Of a stretch of DNA of 64,000 nt, positions 1-8,366 are shown piece after piece. The translations under genes and the position numbers were made by a program. Each line of letters begins with the position of its first letter. Position 1 is the stretch's first letter. Source of the DNA: an uncultured Mycoplasmatota bacterium (GTDB lineage Bacteria; Bacillota_I; Bacilli_A; RF39; UBA660); assembly GCA_947643405.1 (NCBI GenBank), contig CANRVY010000004.1, positions 244 through 64,243 on the forward strand, written 5' to 3'. The notes beneath the pieces are model-generated. The model had not been told where the DNA came from, did no database searches, and saw only the letters and a list, made by a program, of their open reading frames with translations.

Positions 1-254
1 ATTCTCATATATTTCAAATTTGTATAAGAGTATCCTTTACCTAAAAATTTAGTTAAATCATTTGATAACCCTTTTAATACTTCTTTACCATATTCCAAAC
101 GATTATTGTATTCATTCTCATTTGATACTATAATTCTACCAATATTCCAGTAAACATAAACTATCGAATTATTAATTTCTTTTGATAATTTAGATTTAAC
201 CTCATTTACTAATGTTGTTATTTCGTTAACCATTTTATTGTTTTCTTCTAACAT
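1..254 (-). CDS. DUF1016/YhcG-family protein, N-terminal part (runs off window)
   Basis: Hand translation from ATG at 254: MLEENNKMVNEITTLVNEVKSKLSKEINNSIVYVYWNIGRIIV...YGKEVLKGLSNDLTKFLGKGYSYTNLKYMR. YWxIG and GKGYSxTNLxYMR are DUF1016_N motifs; RBS GGAAAGGA upstream. Confidence 0.85.
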   Translation of the reverse strand, partial: MLEENNKMVNEITTLVNEVKSKLSKEINNSIVYVYWNIGRIIVSNENEYNNRLEYGKEVLKGLSNDLTKFLGKGYSYTNLKYMR

Positions 255-268
255 AACTATTCCTTTCC

Positions 269-294
269 AATTGGTCAGTCGCGACTGACCAATT
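269..294. repeat. Perfect 26-bp palindrome AATTGGTCAGTCGCGACTGACCAATT immediately upstream of the DUF1016 gene RBS
   Basis: Sequence equals its own reverse complement; GC-rich against an AT-rich background. Confidence 0.95.
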
Positions 295-341
295 CATAAA
301 TGACAATCATAGTACTTATTTTTTTACCATTTTTATCTTTT

Positions 342-650
342 TTAATTTTTACAATCAGTATAATATATTATTTCTTTATTTAACGATTTTGCAAATTCAA
401 TCTCTTTACTTGTACTACTACCAATATAACCATCTACATTTACAACCAAAATAGCATCAGCCAGTTTTATTCTCTCTTTATGCATTTTATCAAGCATTAA
501 AGCTTCATCTTCTGAAAAATCATCTTTATTAGGTCGAGAAGGATTATAAATAGGTACTAGCATACAATTTCCTTCTAATTCCATTTTTTCTGTTACTTCC
601 ATCATTTCTTTATAAAACCTTAAACTTCCACAAACTGTTATAATCTTCAC
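342..650 (-). CDS. Small hypothetical protein, nucleoside 2-deoxyribosyltransferase-like fold
   Basis: IITVCGS start and ADAILVVNVDGYIGSSTSKEIEFAKSLNKEI pattern resemble NDT/DUF4406-type proteins. Confidence 0.55.
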   Translation of the reverse strand: MKIITVCGSLRFYKEMMEVTEKMELEGNCMLVPIYNPSRPNKDDFSEDEALMLDKMHKERIKLADAILVVNVDGYIGSSTSKEIEFAKSLNKEIIYYTDCKN

Positions 651-665
651 TATATATTTCTCCTC

Positions 666-1583
666 CTATATCAAACTTCTCAAAATTTCTGTTACATTCT
701 TCATATCTTTTTCTGATGACATTATTGTTATTAAAAGATTTCTAATTTTATTAACAATAATATACTGACCATTAGATCCATCTCTAAAAATAAAACCATC
801 TTTCGAAATAAAAGTATAATAACCTACACCTATTTTAGGCAATAATCTTTCTGGTTTATATGCTGACGGTGTTTCTAATTGAATAGAACACATCTCATTT
901 ATCCATTTTTCTGGAACAACTTGACAATTATTATATCTCCCATTATTTAATAATAACAAACCTATTTTATGAAAATCACTATGTCTAAGATAAAGACCAG
1001 TTGATGCAGGACAATACTTTCCGTAGTTATCCCATCTAAATTCACTGATACCTAATTTATCAAATATATTTTCTTTAATAAAGTCAGTTAGATTAATATT
1101 AAATTTTTCTTGAAAGAATACTGATAAAATAAACGGTTCAACATTATTATAAGCGAATCTAGTAGCTACCTCAAAAGGAATATCATAATTAAGAGCATAG
1201 TCTAATAAATTATTTTTATCAATGTCTTGTATATAACTTTCCGACATCATTTGTTTTTCATAACCTGAAGTATGGGTTAATAAATCTCTTACTTTCCACT
1301 TTTTAATTTTATCTAAGTTGCTTCTATTTGTAATATTTACAATTCTTTCAAGAGATGGATAAATTATAGTATCTAATGAAAACATACCTTTATCAATTGC
1401 AATACCAATTGCCATTGCAACTAATATTTTAGAACAACTTCTCAATTCATGTAAACATTCATCATTATAAAAAACTTTATCCAATTTTCCATCTTTTTCT
1501 AGAAATATACTATCAATATTTAGACTCGATAAATTTTTCTTTAAATTTTTAACATTATTTTTTATATTTTCTATATTAAGCAT
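666..1583 (-). CDS. Serine hydrolase, beta-lactamase/AmpC-like family
   Basis: SxxK (RSCSK), LLTHTSG, YxN (FAYNN), GxNGQY. Confidence 0.85.
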   Translation of the reverse strand: MLNIENIKNNVKNLKKNLSSLNIDSIFLEKDGKLDKVFYNDECLHELRSCSKILVAMAIGIAIDKGMFSLDTIIYPSLERIVNITNRSNLDKIKKWKVRDLLTHTSGYEKQMMSESYIQDIDKNNLLDYALNYDIPFEVATRFAYNNVEPFILSVFFQEKFNINLTDFIKENIFDKLGISEFRWDNYGKYCPASTGLYLRHSDFHKIGLLLLNNGRYNNCQVVPEKWINEMCSIQLETPSAYKPERLLPKIGVGYYTFISKDGFIFRDGSNGQYIIVNKIRNLLITIMSSEKDMKNVTEILRSLI

Positions 1584-1598
1584 ATTTTACCTCACTTT

Positions 1599-2122
1599 CT
1601 ATAGGTCTTTTGGTAATTTACTGTAATCATATTTTTTAGTAACATCTTTCAAATCTTCTAATGCTTTATTAATATCTTTTATAGCATCATCTAAACTATA
1701 ATTTATTCCTCTATTATCTCTTATTAACTCTAATTTGTATGCCACTCTATCTAAATTTTCCATTACATGTCTAGTTATTTCTCTTTTATTACTATCCCAA
1801 TCCAAAATATCATATTTAAAAATTCTTGCTTCTTTAATAATATTTTTTAAATCTCTAGAAGATTTATTTTTAAATTCATCATTGGAAAACCAATTTGTTA
1901 AAGCATCATATCCAGCAGCTTTTAATAATTGTTCCAAAGATAAATCTAGTTCTTCAGCAATCTTTCGTAATATTTCAATATCAGGTTTTTTAACTTTTCC
2001 ATTTTCAAGATCATTTAAAGATGTATTACTTAAACCAATTCTTCTCGCTAGTTCTCTTTGAGAAAAGTTCTTTATATCTCTTCCACCTTCAATTAAATAT
2101 TTTAAGTAAATTCTTTAGCCAT
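1599..2122 (-). pseudogene. XRE-family HTH transcriptional regulator with a 1-nt frameshift after codon 6
   Basis: ATG 2122 gives MAKEFT-stop. The shifted frame reads LKYLIEGGRDIKNFSQRELARRIGLSNTSLNDLENGKVKKPDIEILRKIAEELDLSLEQLL and joins ORF 1599-1937. The span is 524 nt, one short of in-frame. Confidence 0.75.
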
Positions 2123-2218
2123 AACGAGATACTCTTTCATTTATTAAGGTATAATATCATCCTAAAGCTATTATAACATACTTTTAAGCTTTTTTGTATT
2201 AGTTTTAAATATTTTTAG

Positions 2219-2266
2219 TTCATAATAACAAAAAGTGAGCCAGCTTTCGCTGACTCTTCAGGGGGC
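2219..2266 (-). repeat. att-like junction: CCCCCTGAAG core followed by terminator hairpin and TTTTTGTTAYTATGAA tail (copy 1)
   Basis: Plus strand ttcataataacaaaaa-gtgagccagctttcgctgactc-ttcaggggg; same layout as 4642-4684. Confidence 0.75.
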
Positions 2267-2397
2267 TATTAAATTTTGGTTTATTTAGTTTTAAAACATT
2301 TATTTTTCTTTGTATTTTGTTTATTTTTTCCCAATTTTAATTAAAATAAATTAAAACATAAATATAAAAATTTCAAATTTTGCTACCTAAATGCTAC

Positions 2398-3492
2398 CTA
2401 ATATTTTTCACAAGTATCTATAATTTTTTTCTTCAATTCACTAGGGAATACTATATTATACTCTTTTTCTAAAATATTTAATAAATTTTTTTGTTGCGAG
2501 GAAAAGTCATTTGAATTTAAAGCTGTAATAACCATTCTAATTTGTACCTCAAGTTTTTCATTACTATCAAGATATTTTAATATTTGTTTTGAGGTCTTTT
2601 TAGTATTCATAATAATAATCCAATAAGCAATAATTATTTTTCTTAAATATTTTCTTAACAATTTTTCATCATTATCAGAAATGTTGTTAATCTTTGCTCC
2701 ATGTACATAATCACATCTTTTTTTGTATAATCTCCTAATGTCATTGTATATTTGATTATATAAATCCGGTTTATTTTCTGCTAATAATTTTGCTGAAAAC
2801 TTTGATATTTTTTCTGTTACTTCTTTGGAATCCAAATTAAATATCGCCTCAAGGCTACTAAATATAAGAATATATCTATTTGAAAGTTTATCACTTTCAA
2901 AGGAATCATTATACAATTCTAAAGCTCTTTTAAAATATTTATTATCTACTTCTTTCATTGATTTTATATTTATATGAAATCTACTATTGTTACTAAATTC
3001 ATTTGGATCTAGGTTATATGTCAAACGATTCCAATTAGATATGGGGTTATTTTGTTGTGCATAAAACAAAAATTTCTTATCAACATTAAAAAATTCAATA
3101 TGTATTATCTGAAATATTAAAGGTATGTTAAACTCTATTCTGAGTTTTTGTTCTAAATTATACACTCTTTCTATTATATCGTTATTTGAATTTAATAATT
3201 CCTTAAAATTACTTTTCTTTATTTCCATTTTATCAGGAATTTCAAATTTAATATAATCATCGTTTTCTAGATAGCGATATATTAATTTTTCGTAATCGAC
3301 TAAACAGGATATAAAATACAAATTCATATCTATTTCCATTCCATCCTTAGTAACAGTGTGATTTTTATCAAAGTATGATTCATCTAGATGTCCTTTTTTT
3401 AAGGAAAAACCATCTACAAAGTATTCTCCAATTGGATTAAAACCATTTACTAAAATTTTATATTTTATAAATATTTTTTTCATAATAGCCAT
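2398..3492 (-). CDS. HEPN-domain protein (Apea-like HEPN), candidate defence RNase
   Basis: FSSLEAIF helix followed by YKKRCDYVHG (RxxxxH motif). Confidence 0.75.
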   Translation of the reverse strand: MAIMKKIFIKYKILVNGFNPIGEYFVDGFSLKKGHLDESYFDKNHTVTKDGMEIDMNLYFISCLVDYEKLIYRYLENDDYIKFEIPDKMEIKKSNFKELLNSNNDIIERVYNLEQKLRIEFNIPLIFQIIHIEFFNVDKKFLFYAQQNNPISNWNRLTYNLDPNEFSNNSRFHINIKSMKEVDNKYFKRALELYNDSFESDKLSNRYILIFSSLEAIFNLDSKEVTEKISKFSAKLLAENKPDLYNQIYNDIRRLYKKRCDYVHGAKINNISDNDEKLLRKYLRKIIIAYWIIIMNTKKTSKQILKYLDSNEKLEVQIRMVITALNSNDFSSQQKNLLNILEKEYNIVFPSELKKKIIDTCEKY

Positions 3493-3498
3493 TACCTT

Positions 3499-4503
3499 TT
3501 ATTCAACAATATCAATATGTAAATTCAATTCTTCTTCTGTGGGTAATTTATTCTGGATTTCTTTAGATAATTGTTCAAATATTTTATATTCGCTAACACC
3601 TACAGGCTTATTGATATATTTTAAGGTATAATCAACTATTTTATTACTTTTAGTTTGGCATAATATAATTCCTATTGAAGGATTATCATTTTCATCTTTT
3701 ATTTCTTCATCTAAAGCGGTAAGATAAAATCCCATTTTACTTGCAAATTCTGGCTTAAATTCTACTACTTTTAATTCTACTGCAATATAGCATTTTAATT
3801 TAATATGATAAAATAACAAATCTATATGAAAATCTTGATGATCTATTGTTATTTTGTACTGATTTCCAACAAAAGAAAAACCACTACCTAGCTCAAGTAA
3901 AATATTTTTTAATCTATCTAGCATTTTATTTTCTAATTCTTTTTCCTTGTAATCGTCGGTTAATTCAATTAAATCAAATACATATGGCTCTTTCATAATA
4001 TTATTTGCAAGATCACTATTTTGCTTTAAAGTTAATTTAAAATTATTATGTTTTATTGCGCTCACTTGTCTATCATAAAGATTAGTATCTATTTGATAAA
4101 TTAAAATACTATCCGACCAACCATCTTCTAAACATCTATTCATATACCATTTGCGAATTTCTTTATCTTTTACTTTTTGCATTAATGTAATGTTATGTTT
4201 CCATGGTAATTGTGCAACCAGTTGCACAAATTCTTCATCATCTTTATACTCATTATAAAAGGTTTTCATATATTTTAAATTACGAACAGAAAAACCCTTT
4301 AAATTAGAAAACGATAATTTTAATTCCATTGCTACATTATCTATAAATTTATTTCCCCAACTACTATTTTCTTCTAATGTTTTTCCTATATTATAATACA
4401 AATTAACTAATTTTTTATTAGCATCTGTCATAATTTCTAATTGAGTTTTGGTAATAGCATTTTTAATATTGCTTGTTATCTCTTGAAACGATTTATCTAG
4501 CAT
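3499..4503 (-). CDS. DUF1016/YhcG PD-(D/E)XK nuclease-domain protein
   Basis: YYNIG, GFSVRNLKYM, LPWKHN, KEPYVFD, ELGSGFSFVGNQ, IDLLFYH, AVELK, SIGIILC. Confidence 0.93.
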   Translation of the reverse strand: MLDKSFQEITSNIKNAITKTQLEIMTDANKKLVNLYYNIGKTLEENSSWGNKFIDNVAMELKLSFSNLKGFSVRNLKYMKTFYNEYKDDEEFVQLVAQLPWKHNITLMQKVKDKEIRKWYMNRCLEDGWSDSILIYQIDTNLYDRQVSAIKHNNFKLTLKQNSDLANNIMKEPYVFDLIELTDDYKEKELENKMLDRLKNILLELGSGFSFVGNQYKITIDHQDFHIDLLFYHIKLKCYIAVELKVVEFKPEFASKMGFYLTALDEEIKDENDNPSIGIILCQTKSNKIVDYTLKYINKPVGVSEYKIFEQLSKEIQNKLPTEEELNLHIDIVE

Positions 4504-4651
4504 AGTTAACCTCCTTATATATGATTATTATATCATTTTACAAGCTTTTTTTATACTATTTTAGGTAGCATTTTTGTTAAACTTTTTTAATCAAAATTAA
4601 CACTTTTTAACCTTTTTCATGTAAATTTTAATCACCTTTAATTCATAGTAA

Positions 4652-4750
4652 CAAAAATGGAGCGCTATGCGCTCCTTCAGGGGGTTTTGGTTGACAACTA
4701 TCCACATTTTATTCCGTAAATAGTTATCTTGCGTGACATCCATCACGCTA
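4652..4750 (-). ncRNA. Putative small structured non-coding RNA A (two hairpins, C-rich linker, intrinsic terminator)
   Basis: Promoter TTGACA(4784-4779)-17-TATAGT(4761-4756); hairpins 4731-4748 and 4693-4728; AACCAAAACCCCCUGAA linker; GGAGCGC/GCGCUCC hairpin plus U-run; no evident ORF. Confidence 0.65.
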
Positions 4751-4800
4751 TTATAACTATACAGTAAAAATAAAATTTTGTCAAGTTGAGAAAAGCTACT

Positions 4801-6792
4801 TTAAGAAAGTATCTTAATCTGTTCTATGTACCCTTTTAAAATCTCATTTTCCTCTATTTTTCCATTGGAAATATAAGCTTCACTATCTTCTTTTGCACGC
4901 ATTAAAATGGAAAAATCTTTTTTTAAATCAGCAATTTGGAACTGCATATCACCACTTTGACGCACGCCAAATAAATCACCACTTCCACGCAGTTTAAAAT
5001 CTTCTTCACTAATTTTAAATCCATCTGTTGTCTTTGTTAAAATAGAAAGTCTTTCTTTTTCAATATCACTAATTAAAATACAATATGATTGTAAATCATT
5101 TCTTCCAACTCTTCCTCTTAACTGGTGCAATGCAGATAAACCAAAGCGCTCACTATCAAAAATCACTATCATTGTTGCATTCGGAACATCAACCCCTACT
5201 TCTACTACTGTTGTACTAATTAAAATTTGAATTTTATTTTGTTCAAAATTCAACATGACCTCCTCTTTTTCTTTTGGAGTCATTTTCCCATGTAATACAC
5301 CAATTTGATAAAATCTTCCAAATGCCTTTTTCATCTTTTCCTCTAATAGTGTCACATTCTCTAAATCTATTTTTTCACTTTCCTCTATTAGTGGTGCTAT
5401 TACATATACTTGATGACCTTTTTTCAGCTCTTGGTACATACTTTCTAATACATCCCTAATTTCAGAATTCTTTTTTAATGTTGTAATAATAGGAAGTCTT
5501 CCATTTGGCATTGTATGAATATTTGAAACATCCATATCACCATAAATTGTTAATGCATAAGTTCTTGGAATTGGTGTTGCACTCATATATAAAATATCGG
5601 GTGTTGTTCCTTTATTTTTTAAATTACTTCTTTGATTGACTCCAAAACGATGTTGCTCATCTGTGATTACTAAGCCTAAGTTTTGATACTCCACTCCATC
5701 GCTAATTAAAGCATGAGTTCCAACAACAATAGAAATTGTTCCTTTTCTCAAACCTTCATAAATTTCTTTTTTCTCTTTTGCTTTGGTCTTTCCAGTTAAA
5801 ATTGCTACATTAACTTGATATAGTTTAAAAATTTCTTCTAATTTCTTATAATGCTGTTGAGCTAATATTTCAGTTGGAGCCATTAACGCACTTTGATAGC
5901 CACTTAAATGATTCATATACATTGCAATAAAACTTACAATTGTTTTCCCACTTCCTACATCTCCTTGAACCAAACGATTCATTCTTCTTGGTTCTTTCAA
6001 ATCTTTATAAATTTCTTTTACACAATTAAATTGGTCATCAGTAAGAGTGAATGGTAATTTATTTATAAACATTTCTATTTTCTGAAATGAAAGTTCTCTT
6101 TTTAAACCACAATCATGTTTTTTCTCCTGTTTCAAATAATTCATTTTTAACATGAATAAAAATAATTCTTCATACTTGGCTCTAAGAAGTGCAGATTTCA
6201 AAGAATTCGTATTTGTTGGAAAATGAATTTGTTTTAAACTTCTTTCTTTATCCATAAATTGATATTTTTCACGAATTCCTTCTGGAATATAATCGGTTAT
6301 ACAAATATCTTCTTTGAATATTTGCTCTAAATAAGAACGGATTTGTTTTCCTCCTATACCTCCATAAGAATGATATACAGGATCAATTCTAGGCGTTTTT
6401 GGTAGTGGCATTAAATAAATATCATTTGCTACAATTGTATTATGTTTTGGGTCATACTTTCCAATAACAGTTACAGTAGTTCCAACTGAAAGCTTGCTTT
6501 TTAAAAATGCTCGATTAAAAATAACAACTTGAAGTAATTTTCCCTCTATAACAAATCGAAAATTCATTTTATCTAAACGTCTATTAATATGAAACACAGA
6601 TGGAACACTTTCTATTAAGCCATCAATTACAATCTTATCATCTTGCTTTAATTCTTCTATATTGCTTTTCTTTAGAATATCATAACGAAATGGATAATAG
6701 AACAATAGATCTTCTGATGTCACGATTCCTAACCTCTGTAATGTATTTTTTGTTTTAGGACCAAGTCCTTTGATTTCCTCTAATTGTTTCAT
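4801..6792 (-). CDS. recG: ATP-dependent DNA helicase RecG
   Basis: QGDVGSGKT, DEQHRFG, MSATPIPRT, QLRGRVGR; likely start MKQLEE at 6792. Confidence 0.97.
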   Translation of the reverse strand: MKQLEEIKGLGPKTKNTLQRLGIVTSEDLLFYYPFRYDILKKSNIEELKQDDKIVIDGLIESVPSVFHINRRLDKMNFRFVIEGKLLQVVIFNRAFLKSKLSVGTTVTVIGKYDPKHNTIVANDIYLMPLPKTPRIDPVYHSYGGIGGKQIRSYLEQIFKEDICITDYIPEGIREKYQFMDKERSLKQIHFPTNTNSLKSALLRAKYEELFLFMLKMNYLKQEKKHDCGLKRELSFQKIEMFINKLPFTLTDDQFNCVKEIYKDLKEPRRMNRLVQGDVGSGKTIVSFIAMYMNHLSGYQSALMAPTEILAQQHYKKLEEIFKLYQVNVAILTGKTKAKEKKEIYEGLRKGTISIVVGTHALISDGVEYQNLGLVITDEQHRFGVNQRSNLKNKGTTPDILYMSATPIPRTYALTIYGDMDVSNIHTMPNGRLPIITTLKKNSEIRDVLESMYQELKKGHQVYVIAPLIEESEKIDLENVTLLEEKMKKAFGRFYQIGVLHGKMTPKEKEEVMLNFEQNKIQILISTTVVEVGVDVPNATMIVIFDSERFGLSALHQLRGRVGRNDLQSYCILISDIEKERLSILTKTTDGFKISEEDFKLRGSGDLFGVRQSGDMQFQIADLKKDFSILMRAKEDSEAYISNGKIEENEILKGYIEQIKILS

Positions 6793-6867
6793 ACAATCAC
6801 CAGAAATATTATACCGAACATTTTTTCGTAAATCAAGCGAAAAAAATTTTTTTCTGCAAAAAATGAC

Positions 6868-6904
6868 AAAAAAGGTTGACAAATAACCTTTTTTCTATTA
6901 GTAT
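6868..6904 (+). promoter_or_regulatory. Sigma70 promoter with operator-like inverted repeat over the -35
   Basis: TTGACA 6876-6881, 17 nt, TAGTAT 6899-6904; AAAAAAGGTT-7-AACCTTTTTT at 6868-6894. Confidence 0.65.
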
Positions 6905-6910
6905 ATACAG

Positions 6911-7007
6911 TACCAATTCGAATTAGACGAATTGGCGCTAGTATCACACTAGCCAACCCCTTTTTATTCTTTTATAGGAGTGGTCTTCAGGGGGCCACTC
7001 TTTTTTT
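6911..7007 (+). ncRNA. Putative small structured non-coding RNA B (two hairpins, C-rich linker, intrinsic terminator)
   Basis: Hairpins CCAATTCG/CGAATTGG (6913-6935) and GCTAGT/ACTAGC (6937-6953), then CAACCCC, then terminator GAGTGGTC...GGCCACTC-T7 (6978-7007). Confidence 0.62.
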
Positions 7008-7047
7008 GTATTTATAAAATTCGAAAGAATATAATTACTAATAGGAG

Positions 7048-7965
7048 TTGATGCTTATGAATTCTCATTATCAATATATAAGTAAAAAAACAAAATGTGA
7101 AGAAATTCCAATTACTTTTCCCTATCAACATCAAAATTTTCAACCTGGAATAGAAAACTATATGATACCTAGGCCTATTAGCGAAAATCCAAATACAAAT
7201 CACTGCGGAAAGCTTACTGATAAAGTCGCTTTTATTACAGGTGGAGATAGTGGTATAGGAAGATCCATTGCATATTTATTTGCAAAAGAAGGTGCTGATA
7301 TTATATTTGTTTATCTTTCTGAACAAGAAGATGCAATGGAGACAGAAAGGCATATCCAAATGCTTGGTAGAAGATCACTTTCTATCATGACAGATTTAAC
7401 AAAAGAAGAGAATGCAATTAAAGCAATTCAAAAAGCAATTCAAACATTTGGTCATATTGATATTTTAGTAAATAACTGTGGGGTTCAATTTTTACAAGAT
7501 AGTATTCTGGATATTAGTGACATGCAACTAAAAACTACATTTGCAACAAACGTCTTTTCTTATTTTTATGTAACCAAAGCTGCTCTTCCATATTTACCCA
7601 AAGGGAGCTCTATCATCAATACAGCTTCTATTACAGCTTATAAAGGAAATAAACAATTATTAGATTATAGTGCTACAAAAGGAGCTATTGTCTCTTTCAC
7701 TCGTTCTCTTACTTTAAATTTGGTCAAACAAGGAATCAGAGTAAATGCTGTTGCTCCTGGTCCAATTTGGACTCCTTTAATCCCTTCTTCTTTTAGTGCA
7801 AAAGAAGTAACTACATTTGGAGCTTATACAAGTAAAGTTCCTATGGAACGAGCTGGAGAGCCATTTGAAGTAGCTCCTAGCTATCTATTTTTAGCAAGTG
7901 ATGATTCTTCATATATGTCAGGTCAAGTATTACATCCAAATGGTGGAGATATTGTTGGTTCATAA
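7048..7965 (+). CDS. SDR family oxidoreductase (YdaD/YhxC-like)
   Basis: TGGDSGIG, YSATKG, VNAVAPGPIWTP, N-terminal Q-Q-PG-E-M-P-P. Confidence 0.93.
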   Translation: MMLMNSHYQYISKKTKCEEIPITFPYQHQNFQPGIENYMIPRPISENPNTNHCGKLTDKVAFITGGDSGIGRSIAYLFAKEGADIIFVYLSEQEDAMETERHIQMLGRRSLSIMTDLTKEENAIKAIQKAIQTFGHIDILVNNCGVQFLQDSILDISDMQLKTTFATNVFSYFYVTKAALPYLPKGSSIINTASITAYKGNKQLLDYSATKGAIVSFTRSLTLNLVKQGIRVNAVAPGPIWTPLIPSSFSAKEVTTFGAYTSKVPMERAGEPFEVAPSYLFLASDDSSYMSGQVLHPNGGDIVGS

Positions 7966-7996
7966 AAAAAATTCAGAAAAATTTCTGAATTTTTTA
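7965..7996. terminator. Bidirectional intrinsic terminator
   Basis: AAAAAAATTCAGAAA-A-ATTTCTGAATTTTTT inverted repeat after the SDR stop. Confidence 0.75.
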
Positions 7997-8366
7997 GACG
8001 AAATCATTTTCAATTATAATAATTCTAATCTTTCAAGATTCCTTTCAGATCATAATTATATTCTTATCATTTGTTAATCTCTCTGTCCTATTCTTGATAT
8101 AATGATCCTCTTTTATTTCTTTTCTAGAGATTTCTCCCGTTGATTCATATGCTGATATAGTATGCCATTTTTGTGTTATATTTAATATTTCAATAACTGT
8201 ATTTTTATTAATATCTTGTAAAAATAAAATTCTTTTATTTGCTATCACGATCACTATATTAATTCATTATATTCTACAGCTACTTCAAGGGCTTCGAACT
8301 ATACTATTTCATCACTATCTAGATTTATAAGTGTATTATATATTAACAAATACTTTCAGATGCAGC

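Larger units (their letters stand above)
2256..4684. mobile_element. Putative non-autonomous integrative cassette (HEPN + DUF1016), no integrase
   Basis: Direct repeat CTTCAGGGGG at 2256-2265 and 4675-4684; TGCTACCTAA at 2381-2390 and 2392-2401, inverted at 4561-4570; AT-rich spacers between cores and arms. Confidence 0.6.

Noticed and set aside
2210-2236. TTATTATGAACTAAA as a dif/XerD arm
   Set aside because: Only loose similarity and no XerC arm at 6-bp spacing.
4652-4750. RNA A as a tRNA or tmRNA integration target
   Set aside because: No cloverleaf, no T-loop GTTCRA and no acceptor stem ending in CCA.
6793-6882. N-terminal extension of RecG in the ORF track
   Set aside because: Overlaps the divergent promoter region; the RBS (GGTGA) and family pattern favour the start at 6792.
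8000-8345. 69-aa ORF 8045-8254 between the SDR gene and smc
   Set aside because: No RBS or recognisable motif; possibly a decayed gene, but cannot be supported.
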